The position numbers and the translations under genes are program-made. The notes below the pieces were generated by a model. That model did no database searches and was not told where the DNA came from. It saw only the letters and a list, made by a program, of their open reading frames with translations. Of a stretch of 64,000 nt of DNA, positions 1 to 19,120 are shown one piece after another. Source of the stretch: Escherichia coli (lineage in GTDB: Bacteria > Pseudomonadota > Gammaproteobacteria > Enterobacterales > Enterobacteriaceae); NCBI RefSeq assembly GCF_002854065.1, contig NZ_CP024147.1; one strand, given 5' to 3'. Numbering within the stretch: position 1 is the stretch's first letter; the number at the start of each line of letters is the position of its first letter.

Positions 1-1766
1 TGCAGAGAAAGATGCAGTTCTTCGGTCGCTTCACCAATCACCGCGTAGGGTGCGCGCTCACGCTTACACAGTTCGTCAAACAGCGGTAATTGATCGGCAG
101 CAACCGCCAGCACGTAGCGTTCCTGGGATTCGTTACACCAGATTTCCAGCGGGCTCATGCCCGGTTCGTCGCTTAGAATATCGCGCAGTTCAAATTTACC
201 GCCGCGCCCGCCGTCGCTCACCAGTTCCGGCATCGCGTTAGAAAGACCGCCAGCGCCGACGTCGTGGATAAACAGGATTGGGTTGGCATCACCAAGCTGC
301 CAGCAACGGTCGATCACTTCCTGGCAGCGACGCTCCATCTCCGGGTTGTCGCGCTGTACGGAAGCAAAGTCGAGGTCGGCATCAGACTGACCTGACGCCA
401 TGGAAGACGCCGCTCCGCCACCAAGACCGATGTTCATTGCCGGGCCGCCGAGAACGACCAGTTTCGCACCGACGTTGATCTCGCCTTTTTGTACGTGATC
501 GGCGCGAATGTTGCCGATCCCGCCCGCCAGCATGATCGGTTTGTGATAACCGCGCAGCTCTTCGCCGTTGTGACTGTTCACTTTTTCTTCATAAGTCCGG
601 AAGTAGCCATTCAGTGCCGGACGACCAAATTCGTTGTTAAACGCCGCGCCGCCCAGCGGGCCTTCGGTCATGATGTCCAGCGCGGTGACAATGCGCTCAG
701 GCTTACCGAAATCTTCTTCCCACGGCTGTTCGAAGCCAGGAATTCGCAGGTTGGAAACGGAGAAACCAACCAAACCCGCTTTCGGCTTCGCGCCGCGCCC
801 GGTGGCACCTTCATCGCGGATTTCACCGCCAGAACCGGTCGCCGCGCCCGGCCACGGAGAAATCGCCGTCGGGTGGTTGTGAGTTTCGACTTTCATCAGA
901 ATATGCGCCGGTTCCTGATGGAAATCGTAGCGGCCCGTTTCGTGGTCAGCAAAGTAGCGGCCCACTTCAGAACCTTCCATTACGGCGGCGTTATCTTTAT
1001 AAGCAGAGAGAACGTGATCTGGCGTGGTTTCGAAAGTATTTTTGATCATCCTGAACAGCGATTTCGGCTGCTGTTCACCGTCGATAATCCAGTCGGCATT
1101 AAAAATTTTGTGGCGGCAGTGCTCAGAGTTCGCCTGAGCGAACATATACAGCTCGATGTCGTTCGGGTTACGACCAAGCTTTGTGAAAGCATCCTGCAGA
1201 TAGTCAATTTCATCTTCCGCCAGAGCCAGGCCAAGACGCAGGTTAGCGTCGATCAGCGCCTGACGGCCCTGCCCCAGCAAATCAACGCTGGTAACCGGAG
1301 TCGGTTGATGGTGGGCAAACAACTGCTCTGCATCATCTAAAGCAAAAAAGACCGTTTCCATCATGCGGTCGTGCAGTTCAGCGGTAACCTGCTGCCATTG
1401 TTCATTGGTCAGCGTACCGGCTTCTATATAGTAAGCAACGCCGCGCTCAAGGCGGTTTACCTGTTGTAGCCCGCAGTTATGGGCAATATCGGTCGCTTTC
1501 GAAGACCAGGGAGAGATGGTGCCAGGACGCGGGGTCACCAGCAGGAGTTTGCCTTGCGGGGCGTGGCTGGCGAGTGCCGGGCCATATTTCAGCAGGCGTT
1601 CAAGTTGTGCGTGCTCATCATCGTTTAACGGCGCATTGAGGTCAGCAAAATGGACATACTCGGCGTAAATATTGTGAACCGGGAGCCTGGCAGCCTGAAA
1701 ACGTGCCAGCAGTTTGTTGATTCGGAATGCCGACAGTGCAGGCGAACCACGCAGAATTTCCATCAT
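1..1766 (-). CDS. purL: Phosphoribosylformylglycinamidine synthase, N-terminal ~588 codons (partial; 3' end lies beyond window start)
   Basis: Minus-strand translation from the ATG at 1764-1766 reads [20 protein letters not shown]... and the window start reads ...[31 protein letters not shown], matching PurL as I recall it. Not in ORF track because it is truncated by the window edge. Confidence 0.93.
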   Translation of the reverse strand, partial: MMEILRGSPALSAFRINKLLARFQAARLPVHNIYAEYVHFADLNAPLNDDEHAQLERLLKYGPALASHAPQGKLLLVTPRPGTISPWSSKATDIAHNCGLQQVNRLERGVAYYIEAGTLTNEQWQQVTAELHDRMMETVFFALDDAEQLFAHHQPTPVTSVDLLGQGRQALIDANLRLGLALAEDEIDYLQDAFTKLGRNPNDIELYMFAQANSEHCRHKIFNADWIIDGEQQPKSLFRMIKNTFETTPDHVLSAYKDNAAVMEGSEVGRYFADHETGRYDFHQEPAHILMKVETHNHPTAISPWPGAATGSGGEIRDEGATGRGAKPKAGLVGFSVSNLRIPGFEQPWEEDFGKPERIVTALDIMTEGPLGGAAFNNEFGRPALNGYFRTYEEKVNSHNGEELRGYHKPIMLAGGIGNIRADHVQKGEINVGAKLVVLGGPAMNIGLGGGAASSMASGQSDADLDFASVQRDNPEMERRCQEVIDRCWQLGDANPILFIHDVGAGGLSNAMPELVSDGGRGGKFELRDILSDEPGMSPLEIWCNESQERYVLAVAADQLPLFDELCKRERAPYAVIGEATEELHLSL

Positions 1767-2023
1767 AAGTCTCTCGTCTTCTAAGCTTTCGGTGTACCCA
1801 AGGGGGGGAAACGGGCGTCATTATAAAGAATCTGATGCGCTGACGAAACCGTTTGCGTGGAAATAAAATCACCATCGTGAATTAGCAACGCGTGCCGCCA
1901 ATGGCTGTAATAAGTTGCCATCTGGCGCAGGTTTACGCAAAATGCCGCTCATTTATGAGTAAACCTTTCACTATTATTACGTTTTTTCAAGCTGGGACGC
2001 GCACGACACAGAGAATTAACTAA

Positions 2024-4125
<2,102 letters not shown>

Positions 4126-4137
4126 CTATGCTTTACT

Positions 4138-4773
4138 CTATTCCAGTTGCTGGAGTTCACCGCGCGGGGTTACTCGCCAGCGATGCTGGCAAAAGTAAAG
4201 CAGCGGGTTGTCCTGATTACTGTCGCTATAGCCACTGTACAGCCGCAGCGGCGTGCCGATTTTGCGCTCCAGTTGCGCGACCTTTTCATGCCCGAGGCAA
4301 CGCATCGTCAATACCCAACCACCATAGCCACGCTGAATTTGGCTGGCGATAAGATTCACCCGCGGCAGCCAGGGTGTATCGAAATAGACCGCTTCAACCA
4401 GCGGCTGTGGAGAACCGGTAATCAACCAGATATCAGCATCGGAACTTAACAGGTAGGTGGTTAATCGCTCCTGAACCAGCGGAAAGGCGGTAACATTGTC
4501 ACGAAACCAGCGTACGAAATCGGCCTGCAACGCCTGTAAACGTGCTTCGCTGTGACCAAAGGTGCATCCCCACAGAAGCAGACTCATCGGCCAGCGTGCC
4601 GCACGACCTTTTATCAATAACGCAATGGCTATAATCGGCAACAACGGCAGGACAAGTAACGCATTCAGCGGTTGGCGACGCAGTAAATAGCGCAGAAAAC
4701 TGCCGAACATATCCTGCTGATGCAATGTTCCATCTAAGTCAAAAAACACCACACGACACTCGTGAGTTGCCAA
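4138..4773 (-). CDS. pgpC: Phosphatidylglycerophosphatase C (HAD-like)
   Basis: 211-aa ORF MATHECRVVFFDLDGTLHQQD... with HAD DxDGT motif and a hydrophobic segment. Confidence 0.9.
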   Translation of the reverse strand: MATHECRVVFFDLDGTLHQQDMFGSFLRYLLRRQPLNALLVLPLLPIIAIALLIKGRAARWPMSLLLWGCTFGHSEARLQALQADFVRWFRDNVTAFPLVQERLTTYLLSSDADIWLITGSPQPLVEAVYFDTPWLPRVNLIASQIQRGYGGWVLTMRCLGHEKVAQLERKIGTPLRLYSGYSDSNQDNPLLYFCQHRWRVTPRGELQQLE

Positions 4774-4981
4774 ACCATACTCCTCTGGACTGAAACATCC
4801 TGATTAATTTTCGCTACTACATAGCCTAACAGATAGATCATCACTTTTCCGGCAACAATCGACCGCATCATGGCTAACTGGAATTTTTAATTCATGGCAA
4901 TTAGCGGCAATGGAATATAAAATTCACTCGCGTGTGTCTCATATTGCCTGTTGTCGCCACTATTTCATCGCGAGGAAAGAT

Positions 4982-5830
4982 ATGAACGGCTTACTTCGTA
5001 TCCGTCAGCGTTACCAGGGGCTTGCCCAGAGTGATAAAAAACTGGCGGATTATCTGCTGCTACAACCTGATACGGCGCGCCATTTAAGCTCTCAGCAACT
5101 GGCCAACGAAGCCGGAGTCAGTCAGTCCAGCGTCGTGAAGTTCGCGCAAAAACTCGGCTATAAAGGTTTTCCGGCGCTTAAGTTGGCGTTGAGTGAAGCG
5201 CTGGCAAGCCAGCCGGAATCGCCCTCAGTGCCCATTCATAACCAAATCCGCGGTGATGATCCGTTACGGCTGGTCGGCGAAAAACTGATTAAAGAAAATA
5301 CTGCCGCTATGTACGCAACGCTAAACGTTAATAGTGAAGAGAAACTGCATGAATGCGTAACAATGTTGCGCTCTGCGCGGCGGATAATTCTGACCGGTAT
5401 TGGCGCTTCGGGTCTGGTGGCGCAAAACTTTGCCTGGAAGCTGATGAAGATTGGCTTCAATGCTGCCGCAGTGCGCGATATGCATGCGCTACTCGCTACC
5501 GTACAGGCGTCGTCCCCTGACGATCTGTTATTAGCCATTTCTTACACCGGTGTACGACGCGAGTTAAACCTGGCGGCAGATGAGATGCTGCGAGTGGGCG
5601 GAAAAGTGCTGGCGATTACCGGCTTTACTCCCAATGCCCTGCAACAGCGTGCTTCTCATTGCCTGTATACCATTGCCGAAGAACAAGCGACAAACAGTGC
5701 TTCAATCTCTGCTTGTCACGCGCAGGGAATGTTAACGGATTTGCTGTTCATTGCGCTGATTCAGCAGGATCTGGAACTGGCACCAGAACGTATTCGTCAT
5801 AGTGAAGCGCTGGTGAAAAAACTGGTCTGA
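4982..5830 (+). CDS. yfhH: RpiR-family transcriptional regulator (HTH + SIS domain)
   Basis: ORF 4910..5830 trimmed to internal ATG (MNGLLRIRQRYQGLAQSDKKLADYLL...), 282 aa. HTH_6 N-terminus and SIS domain (ILTGIGASGLVAQ). Confidence 0.85.
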   Translation: MNGLLRIRQRYQGLAQSDKKLADYLLLQPDTARHLSSQQLANEAGVSQSSVVKFAQKLGYKGFPALKLALSEALASQPESPSVPIHNQIRGDDPLRLVGEKLIKENTAAMYATLNVNSEEKLHECVTMLRSARRIILTGIGASGLVAQNFAWKLMKIGFNAAAVRDMHALLATVQASSPDDLLLAISYTGVRRELNLAADEMLRVGGKVLAITGFTPNALQQRASHCLYTIAEEQATNSASISACHAQGMLTDLLFIALIQQDLELAPERIRHSEALVKKLV

Positions 5831-5849
5831 GTAAAGAATGCGCGTATAA

Positions 5850-6146
<297 letters not shown>

Positions 6147-6339
6147 TATTCTACTCTGGAAGTAGAGTATTAATTATTTTACTGGGAAGCCTTAACGCCA
6201 TTATATTTATTTAATTGATGACATTAGCATAATCATTCACTAAGTTAATTTATATAGTATCTGCCCAGACACTTATTTATAGTTATTAAAGGCGCGTCCG
6301 ATTGGTTCACCGGACGCACCTTAAGTACGTTTCCTTGTG

Positions 6340-6420
6340 TTATAAGAACAGAAGGATCAGCTGTAAAACAGCAATGATGATTTTGATGACCCGTTTAATC
6401 AGGTATCGGCAATCAGTCAT
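6340..6420 (-). CDS. shoB: Type I toxin small membrane peptide ShoB (26 aa)
   Basis: Minus-strand translation from ATG at 6418-6420: MTDCRYLIKRVIKIIIAVLQLILLFL*. Not in ORF track (below 60 aa). Matches ShoB as I recall it. Confidence 0.75.
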   Translation of the reverse strand: MTDCRYLIKRVIKIIIAVLQLILLFL

Positions 6421-6744
6421 TCGTTTTTCCTTAAACAAGGAATGCAGCCGTTCAGATTAGCCCTTACATCTCCCCAAAACTGAACGTGCGAGTTATTGGA
6501 ATCGAGTGCTGCACTCCACACCAGAGCTTTGACGACACCACTCGTTTCAATGGGGGAATTCAGTGGCATGGTGTAAAGCACAGCAAAATTGCCAATAACG
6601 AAACCGATTTTAATGTACTTATCAAAAAGCGGTCACGTTAATCTTTTCATCAATGTCGATTTCTTCGTAAAGGCTCGCGTTTTTTATGTCAGAGATTGCA
6701 AGTTGCTTGTACAGGTCAACGAAATTGATCCATAATCATTTTCG

Positions 6745-6818
6745 TTGGAATCGTGTGCTGCACAAAATTAAAGTTAAAAAGTAAAACCCCCGTTCCTTAC
6801 CAGTTCGGGGGTTTTACT
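6745..6818 (+). ncRNA. ohsC: Candidate OhsC antisense sRNA (antitoxin of shoB); boundaries approximate
   Basis: Putative promoter (-35 TTGTAC 6707-6712, 18-nt spacer, -10 CATAAT 6731-6736), a 19-nt segment (6745-6763) that directly repeats 6496-6514 in the shoB 5' region with one mismatch, and a rho-independent terminator hairpin (AAAACCCCCG...CGGGGGTTTT, 6784-6815). Boundaries inferred, not measured. Confidence 0.45.
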
Positions 6819-6841
6819 TTATAAAGAGAACGGTATTATTT

Positions 6842-7222
6842 TTAACTTTCAATAATTACCGTGGCACAAGCATAGTGGCGCTCATCGGCAAGCGTTACAT
6901 GCATATTTATAACGCCGAGCTTTTCCGCCAGTTTTAATGCCTCACCCCATAGCCGTAGCCGTGGTTTGCCGAGCTCATCATTGAATACTTCAAACTGATT
7001 AAACGCCAGACCATTGCGGATCCCGGTGCCAAACGCTTTTGCCGCCGCTTCTTTCACAGCAAAACGCTTCGCCAGAAAACGCACCGGCTGGTGGTGCGTT
7101 TTCCAGATAGCCCATTCGTTATCGCTTAATACGCGGCGTGCCAGGCGATCACCGGATCGGGCGATCACCGCTTCTATGCGAGCGATCTCCACAATATCCG
7201 TGCCTAAACCTAATATTGCCAT
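6842..7222 (-). CDS. acpS: Holo-[acyl-carrier-protein] synthase
   Basis: 126-aa [35 protein letters not shown]...; 4'-phosphopantetheinyl transferase family. Confidence 0.95.
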   Translation of the reverse strand: MAILGLGTDIVEIARIEAVIARSGDRLARRVLSDNEWAIWKTHHQPVRFLAKRFAVKEAAAKAFGTGIRNGLAFNQFEVFNDELGKPRLRLWGEALKLAEKLGVINMHVTLADERHYACATVIIES

Positions 7223-7953
7223 TAGCCACGCGCTTCCAGCATCAGACGCTTCATTTCTGCCACCGCATCTTTCAGTCCGGTCATCACTGCACGACCAATA
7301 ATGGCATGACCGATATTCAGTTCATGCATCTCAGGGATGGCGGCAATGGCTTTCACGTTGTGATAGGTCAGACCGTGTCCGGCGTTAACTTTCAGACCGA
7401 GACTTGCGGCAAAGGTCGCGGCTTTGGCGATACGCGCCAGCTCTTGCGCCTGTTCGGCGTCAGTTTTGGCATCAGCATAGCAACCGGTGTGGATCTCGAT
7501 AAACGGTGCGCCAACCTCTGCCGCAGCTTTGATCTGCTCTTCATCGGCGTCGATAAACAGAGAAACCTGGATCCCGGCATCTGCCAGACGTTTGCAGGCA
7601 TCGCGCATTTTTTCACGCTGCCCTGCGACGTCCAGGCCGCCTTCGGTTGTTACTTCCTGACGCTTTTCCGGTACCAGGCAGCAAAAATGTGGCTTCGTCT
7701 CAACGGCGATCGCCAGCATCTCTTCGGTCACTGCCATCTCCAGATTCATGCGGGTATCCAGCGTCTGACGCAAGATGCGCACATCGCGGTCAGTAATGTG
7801 GCGGCGATCTTCACGTAAATGCACGGTAATGCCGTCTGCTCCCGCCTGCTCAGCAATAAACGCCGCCTGCACCGGATCCGGGTAAGCAGTACCGCGTGCG
7901 TTACGCAGCGTTGCAATATGGTCAATGTTGACGCCTAACAGTAATTCAGCCAT
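7222..7953 (-). CDS. pdxJ: Pyridoxine 5'-phosphate synthase
   Basis: ORF 7222..7968 trimmed to [21 protein letters not shown]..., 243 aa; 1-nt overlap with acpS start. Confidence 0.95.
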   Translation of the reverse strand: MAELLLGVNIDHIATLRNARGTAYPDPVQAAFIAEQAGADGITVHLREDRRHITDRDVRILRQTLDTRMNLEMAVTEEMLAIAVETKPHFCCLVPEKRQEVTTEGGLDVAGQREKMRDACKRLADAGIQVSLFIDADEEQIKAAAEVGAPFIEIHTGCYADAKTDAEQAQELARIAKAATFAASLGLKVNAGHGLTYHNVKAIAAIPEMHELNIGHAIIGRAVMTGLKDAVAEMKRLMLEARG

Positions 7954-7964
7954 GACAATCCTCA

Positions 7965-8693
7965 TCATTCATAATATGTTTTCACCGTTCGCTTAGGCAT
8001 AAACTGCCGGAACAGTTCCCTGCTCTTTAATGGTTTACCGCCAAGATACGGCTTAAGCGCCATGCGGGTAAAGCGTTTCGCGGCGCGCAGTGTGTCTGCG
8101 TCAGGAAATTCCCGCGCGTTTAACGCTTTTAACTGCCTTCCGGTGAACGTTTTATTGTCGATAACGACGCTTGCGATAAACCCTTTTTCTTCGCGATAAC
8201 GATACGTCATGGTGTCATCTACCGGCTCGCCGCTACCCGCGCAATGGGTAAAATTGACGCCATAGCCCAGATGCCCGAGCAGTGCCAGTTCAAAGCGGCG
8301 CAGCGCGGGTTCTGGCGTACCAGTGGCACCTGCAAGAGACTGAATGCAGTGCAAGTAATCGAAAAAGAGTTCAGAGAAGCGCGTCTCGTATTCCAGTACG
8401 CGGGAGAGAAGTTCGTTGATGTACAGACCGCTGTAAAGCGTGATACCGCTTAATGGCAGCGCCAGCGAGACAGCTTCAGCACTGCGCAGCGTTTTGACTT
8501 CGCCACGCCCGCCGAAACGTAGCAAGAGAGGGGTGAAAGGCTGTAATGCACCTTTCAGGGTAGAGCGTTTAGAGCGTGCGCCTTTCGCAACCAGACGCAC
8601 GCGACCCGATTCCTCCGTGAAGACGTCCAGCATCAGGCTGGTTTCGCTCCACGGGCGACTATGCAGGACAAATGCGCGCTGCCAGCCTTCCAT
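7965..8693 (-). CDS. recO: DNA repair protein RecO
   Basis: 242-aa [37 protein letters not shown]... Confidence 0.95.
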   Translation of the reverse strand: MEGWQRAFVLHSRPWSETSLMLDVFTEESGRVRLVAKGARSKRSTLKGALQPFTPLLLRFGGRGEVKTLRSAEAVSLALPLSGITLYSGLYINELLSRVLEYETRFSELFFDYLHCIQSLAGATGTPEPALRRFELALLGHLGYGVNFTHCAGSGEPVDDTMTYRYREEKGFIASVVIDNKTFTGRQLKALNAREFPDADTLRAAKRFTRMALKPYLGGKPLKSRELFRQFMPKRTVKTYYE

Positions 8694-8704
8694 CGGAGTT
8701 ACTC

Positions 8705-10317
<1,613 letters not shown>

Positions 10318-10559
10318 TCAGCACACGAAACAGACCTGATATACATGGCTCTGCTAACTGCTTCGCTGCAGTTTCAGTTTAGCGGTATATGGGGACCAAC
10401 GCTGTTTCGTGTGCCGTGGCAACCTGGAGGTGCCAACCTTAAACTTCGGGGGAATATTCTATACACAACGACGGGGGATGTCGTTAGCCACGGGAGATTT
10501 ATCTCATAAATAATTCACGTTGTCGCCATAACGGCGACAACGTGAACGAAGATGAGCTA

Positions 10560-11534
10560 TTAATGGATGCCGCCAATGCGACTTAAGCGCACACCAGTCG
10601 GCCATTCGCCTTCTTGCTTATCGAAGCTCATCCAGATAGCCTTTGCCCGACCGACCAGATTCGCTTCAGGCACAAAACCCCAGTAACGGCTGTCCGCGCT
10701 GTTGTCGCGGTTGTCGCCCATCATGAAGTATTGTCCCGGAGGAACAATCCAGGTTGCCAGTTGTTGCCCTGGCTGCTGGTAATACATCCCCACCTGATCC
10801 TGCGCAATCGGCACTGTCAGAATGCGGTGCGTCACATCACCCAGTGTCTCTTTACGCTCGGAAAGACGAATTCCATTTTCTTTGGTTTCGTTTTTCGGCA
10901 CTTCAAAGAATCCGCTGGTCGCTTCCCCACCATTACGGCGTGAGAAGGTCTGAACGAAATCGCTCGGTTCCACGTTTGAGTAGGTGACCGGCAGCGCGTT
11001 TTCACACGCCTGGCCGGAACTGCATCCCGGTTGAATCGTCAGCTCTTTTGAGACCGGATCGTAAGTGACTTTATCGCCCGGTAAACCCACCGCGCGCTTG
11101 ATGTAATCAAGCTTTGGATCTTCCGGATATTTAAAGACCACGATATCGCCGCGTTTCGGATGACCGGTTTCGATCAGCGTTTTCTGGTAGATAGGATCTT
11201 TAATGCCATAAGCAAACTTCTCTACCAGAATAAAATCACCGATTAACAGAGTCGGCATCATCGAACCTGACGGGATCTGGAACGGTTCATAAATAAACGA
11301 ACGCACAATCAATACGATAGCCAGTACCGGAAAAACAGAAGCACCGGTTTCCAGCCAGCCAGGCTTCGGCGCAACCTTTTTCAACGTTGCTTTATCCAGT
11401 GAGTCACCGGCAGCCGCCTGCGCCGCTGCCTGACGTTCCCGCCGTTTAGGTGCGAAAAAGAATTTATCCACGCACCATAAAATGCCCGTCACCAGTGTGG
11501 CAATCACCAGAATCAGGGCAAACATATTCGCCAT
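10560..11534 (-). CDS. lepB: Signal peptidase I
   Basis: 324-aa ORF MANMFALILVIATLVTGILW... with SGSMMPTL catalytic-serine box. A 12-bp perfect palindrome (CACGTTGTCGCC-ATAA-CGGCGACAACGTG, 10516-10543) lies just downstream. Confidence 0.97.
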   Translation of the reverse strand: MANMFALILVIATLVTGILWCVDKFFFAPKRRERQAAAQAAAGDSLDKATLKKVAPKPGWLETGASVFPVLAIVLIVRSFIYEPFQIPSGSMMPTLLIGDFILVEKFAYGIKDPIYQKTLIETGHPKRGDIVVFKYPEDPKLDYIKRAVGLPGDKVTYDPVSKELTIQPGCSSGQACENALPVTYSNVEPSDFVQTFSRRNGGEATSGFFEVPKNETKENGIRLSERKETLGDVTHRILTVPIAQDQVGMYYQQPGQQLATWIVPPGQYFMMGDNRDNSADSRYWGFVPEANLVGRAKAIWMSFDKQEGEWPTGVRLSRIGGIH

Positions 11535-11549
11535 GCCAACTCCTAAGGG

Positions 11550-13349
<1,800 letters not shown>

Positions 13350-13546
13350 AAAGTATGATTATTGTGCCTTAATGCCCGGTTAACCAGGCTTTTAGAAGTC
13401 GCTGTTCTGAGCTTAACGTCTGTATTAATAGAAACGCCGCATTCTACACTACAACATTGAGGCGAGGAAATGTTCATACCGTATGGATTGTGGTATCTGG
13501 AAACGTCCTCGCATTTGTTATGCAAAATGCAACAAAGCCAGTGAAA

Positions 13547-14026
13547 TCACTGGCTCGCGTCTTCCGAAGATGTTTCAAATCGCACAAGGCCAGGCGGCAA
13601 TGCCACGCTTAAGATGATCGGTTGCCATTCTGCCCGGGCAGCAAACTTACGCGAGTAGCCACGCGCAATCAGGAACCCGCCAATACCGCCGAGGACCGCA
13701 CCACATAATGCTGCGACGTCAGAAGCAAAGAGTAGCTGAAATAGCGAAGCGATGAGGAATAATCCCACCAGCGGCGACATATAAACCAGTAATGCGGAGC
13801 TAAGCAGGCTGCCTTCGGCGATCCCCAATTCCACTTTTTGCCCCGGCACTAACGGCTCATCACAGGGTACGACAATGGTATGCGTGGTTTGCGGGCCAAG
13901 TTTATTCAACACGCGGCTACCGCAACCGGCGCGTGAAGCGCAGCTGCTGCATGAGGCTTTAACATCACAACTGACCAGCGCCTGCCCGTTTTGCCAGGAG
14001 ACGACGGTAGCCCACTCTTTGATCAT
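13547..14026 (-). CDS. rseC: Sigma-E regulatory protein RseC
   Basis: 159-aa ORF MIKEWATVVSWQNGQALVSCDVKASCSSCASRAGCGSR... Confidence 0.93.
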   Translation of the reverse strand: MIKEWATVVSWQNGQALVSCDVKASCSSCASRAGCGSRVLNKLGPQTTHTIVVPCDEPLVPGQKVELGIAEGSLLSSALLVYMSPLVGLFLIASLFQLLFASDVAALCGAVLGGIGGFLIARGYSRKFAARAEWQPIILSVALPPGLVRFETSSEDASQ

Positions 14027-14979
14027 TGCGCTGCCCCGAACTTAATATTCTCGGCAATGCGTTTCGCCGTTTGCGGCGGCAGTTCACCGACAATGGTGAT
14101 TTCGGCGTTATCACGTACGCTTGTACTGACGGTTCTGCGTCCGGTGCGCAACATCTGATCGGTGCTCGATGGCGTAGCGCGGTTAACGTTTACCGAGAAG
14201 CTGAATAATCCGTCGGAATAGAGACGTGATTCGATAGGCATGTTGTCCATCGTCGGTAGCGGACGTCGACTACTGGAAACTTCGCTAAAACCCTGTGGCA
14301 ACCAGGTTGGCGTCCAGCTGAATTTAGCTTTTTCACCTACAGGAACAGAAAGCAACGGCGGCAAATTTGCCTTCGCCAGCGTCTGCATACTGCTGCTGAT
14401 ATCCTGATTGACGTTAAAAGCAATCACGCGAAATTGTTCCAGCGTTTCACCATCGCGATCAAGAAGATCAACCCGCATCGGTAATTTCGATTCGGTGTCC
14501 ATCCACACGATGTAGCTGTAGCGTGTACCATCTCGGGCAACCACGCGAATGACTTCGCAAAGACGATCAGCAATACGCGTGCGCCCGACGGAGATAAAGT
14601 CGTAGTAAGGAGAAAGGCGTTTGAAATCGGTATAGATGAGCGATGGCAGAGAATCAACAATGTAATCGCCATTAAGCGTGAACGGTTCAAGTCCCGGTTC
14701 AAAATAGCTGATTTCATTGCCGCGCTGTACCACTTCCCGGCGCGGGCCATCCATTTGCAACAATTGTGCAAGAGGACGGTTATCGAGGCGTGCATGTCGA
14801 TAACGCAGAGACTCAACACCCTGTTTATTGATGCTGATGAATGACAGCTCGTAATTCAGTGACTGACTGGCCAGGTTCATCTGCTGTAATAACGCCCCGG
14901 ACGCGGGAGTGGCCGAGGCGTTAGCAGAGAATAACAGGCTACCTGTCACTAATGACATGGCAAACCAAAGTTGCTTCAT
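14023..14979 (-). CDS. rseB: Sigma-E regulatory protein RseB (periplasmic)
   Basis: 318-aa ORF with signal peptide MKQLWFAMSLVTGSLLFSANASA; 4-nt overlap with rseC. Confidence 0.95.
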   Translation of the reverse strand: MKQLWFAMSLVTGSLLFSANASATPASGALLQQMNLASQSLNYELSFISINKQGVESLRYRHARLDNRPLAQLLQMDGPRREVVQRGNEISYFEPGLEPFTLNGDYIVDSLPSLIYTDFKRLSPYYDFISVGRTRIADRLCEVIRVVARDGTRYSYIVWMDTESKLPMRVDLLDRDGETLEQFRVIAFNVNQDISSSMQTLAKANLPPLLSVPVGEKAKFSWTPTWLPQGFSEVSSSRRPLPTMDNMPIESRLYSDGLFSFSVNVNRATPSSTDQMLRTGRRTVSTSVRDNAEITIVGELPPQTAKRIAENIKFGAAQ

Positions 14980-15629
14980 TACTGCGATTGCGTTCCTAAA
15001 GTTTGAATTCCTGGCACCTGTACAGCGGCTTGCTGGGTTTGCGCCTGCTCAAACTGAAGCTGTTCAGAGTGGAGTCGGCGTTGCAGTTCGTAATCCTGCA
15101 ACATTGCATTAATGCGACGACGCTGCTCCTGTACCTGCTGCTGTTGACCATTATTTGCGGTCGCTTCAGAAGGTACTCCCAGGCTAACCGGGCTGGCTTT
15201 ACCCATCATCGGCAGTGTATTAAATACCGGCGTTTCGGGCTGCTGGGACGTTTCAGATTGTCCATTATAGTGCTGGACGCCAACGATAACTGCAAGCGAT
15301 ACGCATGCGGCTACGCCCATTTGGGTAAGCTGTGCCGCCCACGGACGTACTTTCTGCCAGAATGGCATTTTCTGCCATTGATGCGGCGCAGGCTGGGCTT
15401 CCGGGATCAATGTCGCCGGTTGACGTACTGGCTCTTCTTCAATGGCGGCCATCACGCGTGAAGAGATATCGAAATGGAGCACCTCGGGAGTATCACCCCG
15501 CATTGAGTCACGGATTAAGTGATAGCTTTCCCAGGTTTTCTGCATTTCTGGGTTATGAGCCAGTTCGTTAAGCAGCTCACTATCCAGCGTTTCGCCATCC
15601 ATTAAAGCGGAAAGTTGTTCTTTCTGCAT
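14979..15629 (-). CDS. rseA: Anti-sigma-E factor RseA
   Basis: ORF 14979..15665 trimmed to MQKEQLSALMDGETLDSELL..., 216 aa; single TM segment. Confidence 0.93.
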   Translation of the reverse strand: MQKEQLSALMDGETLDSELLNELAHNPEMQKTWESYHLIRDSMRGDTPEVLHFDISSRVMAAIEEEPVRQPATLIPEAQPAPHQWQKMPFWQKVRPWAAQLTQMGVAACVSLAVIVGVQHYNGQSETSQQPETPVFNTLPMMGKASPVSLGVPSEATANNGQQQQVQEQRRRINAMLQDYELQRRLHSEQLQFEQAQTQQAAVQVPGIQTLGTQSQ

Positions 15630-15661
15630 GCCTAATACCCTTATCCAGTATCCCGCTATCG

Positions 15662-16237
15662 TCAACGCCTGATAAGCGGTTGAACTTTGTTATCAATAGC
15701 TTCCCTCGCTCGGAAGATACGTGAACGCACCGTACCTACCGGACAATCCATGATAGCGGCTATCTCTTCATAGCTCAGGCCATCCAGCTCCCGCAAGGTT
15801 ATTGCCATGCGTAAATCTTCCGGGAGGGACTCAATAGTTCGGAAAACTATCTGTCTCAGTTCTTCTGACAACATTAAGTTCTCAGGGTTCGAAATTTCTT
15901 TCAACGCGCCGCCACTTTCGAAGTTTTCAGCTTCAATGGCATCCACATCACTGGAAGGTGGACGACGCCCCTGAGCAACCAGGTAATTTTTCGCTGTATT
16001 TACAGCAATCCGATACAGCCATGTATAAAAAGCGCTATCTCCCCGGAACGAATCCAGCGCACGATAGGCTTTAATAAAAGCTTCTTGTACCACATCGGGA
16101 ACATCACCCGACGGCACATAGCGGGAAACCAGACTCGCCACTTTATGCTGATAGCGCACTACCAGTAAGTTAAAGGCTTTCTGATCTCCCTTCTGGACCC
16201 GTTCAACCAGGACCTGGTCCGTTAACTGCTCGCTCAT
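15662..16237 (-). CDS. rpoE: ECF RNA polymerase sigma factor sigma-E
   Basis: ORF 15662..16270 trimmed to MSEQLTDQVLVERVQKGDQKAFNLLV..., 191 aa. Confidence 0.95.
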   Translation of the reverse strand: MSEQLTDQVLVERVQKGDQKAFNLLVVRYQHKVASLVSRYVPSGDVPDVVQEAFIKAYRALDSFRGDSAFYTWLYRIAVNTAKNYLVAQGRRPPSSDVDAIEAENFESGGALKEISNPENLMLSEELRQIVFRTIESLPEDLRMAITLRELDGLSYEEIAAIMDCPVGTVRSRIFRAREAIDNKVQPLIRR

Positions 16238-16319
16238 CCGAGGTAAAGTCTCCCCAAACCAAATTTCCACGCGCTATCGAAACGCCACTCCATTAGCTGC
16301 AATTTGAGCAAGCAAAGGG

Positions 16320-16347
16320 TTAGAGTGTCTCGTTTTTGTAAAGTTCC
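16320..16347 (-). promoter_or_regulatory. Sigma-E-type promoter upstream of rpoE (GGAACTT-N16-TCTAA on minus strand)
   Basis: Minus-strand sequence GGAACTTtacaaaaacgagacacTCTAA matches the sigma-E consensus with 16-nt spacing. Confidence 0.5.
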
Positions 16348-16620
16348 GTAACGCATCTGTTTTTGTTTGTCATGCTGTAGACGGATCATTATCTATCATT
16401 ATAAGTCTACAGAATCTGAACATCGCATTATCTGTGTAGAAATGCCCATTTAACTGCCTGAAGAGTAACCCAACGGCCTTTTTATTTCACCACCTAATCC
16501 TCCACCAGCCAGTAACTTCTCTTTTTCTCGCCGCCCTGCGTCAGCGTGTTTAGCCACTGTAACAAATATTAAAATAGCAGGTGTTTATTCGCACAACATG
16601 ATGCTATGCTGACCAAACCG

Positions 16621-18989
<2,369 letters not shown>

Positions 18990-19120
18990 GAAAATAAAAC
19001 CTTGCAGGAAAAACGGCGATAGCACCGGGTGAGAACAATACCCGAGAAGCGATATCCATACAAACAGATGAAGATTGCAGCCGTAACGTCTATAATCAGC
19101 GCCCCACACAGAGGTAGAAC

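Noticed and set aside
489-1340. 283-aa plus-strand ORF in the ORF track
   Set aside because: Lies entirely antisense to purL, whose translation on the minus strand is unambiguous; Arg/Ala-rich composition typical of an antisense frame in GC-rich coding DNA.
7138-7818. 226-aa plus-strand ORF
   Set aside because: Antisense to pdxJ and acpS; no SD, low-complexity translation.
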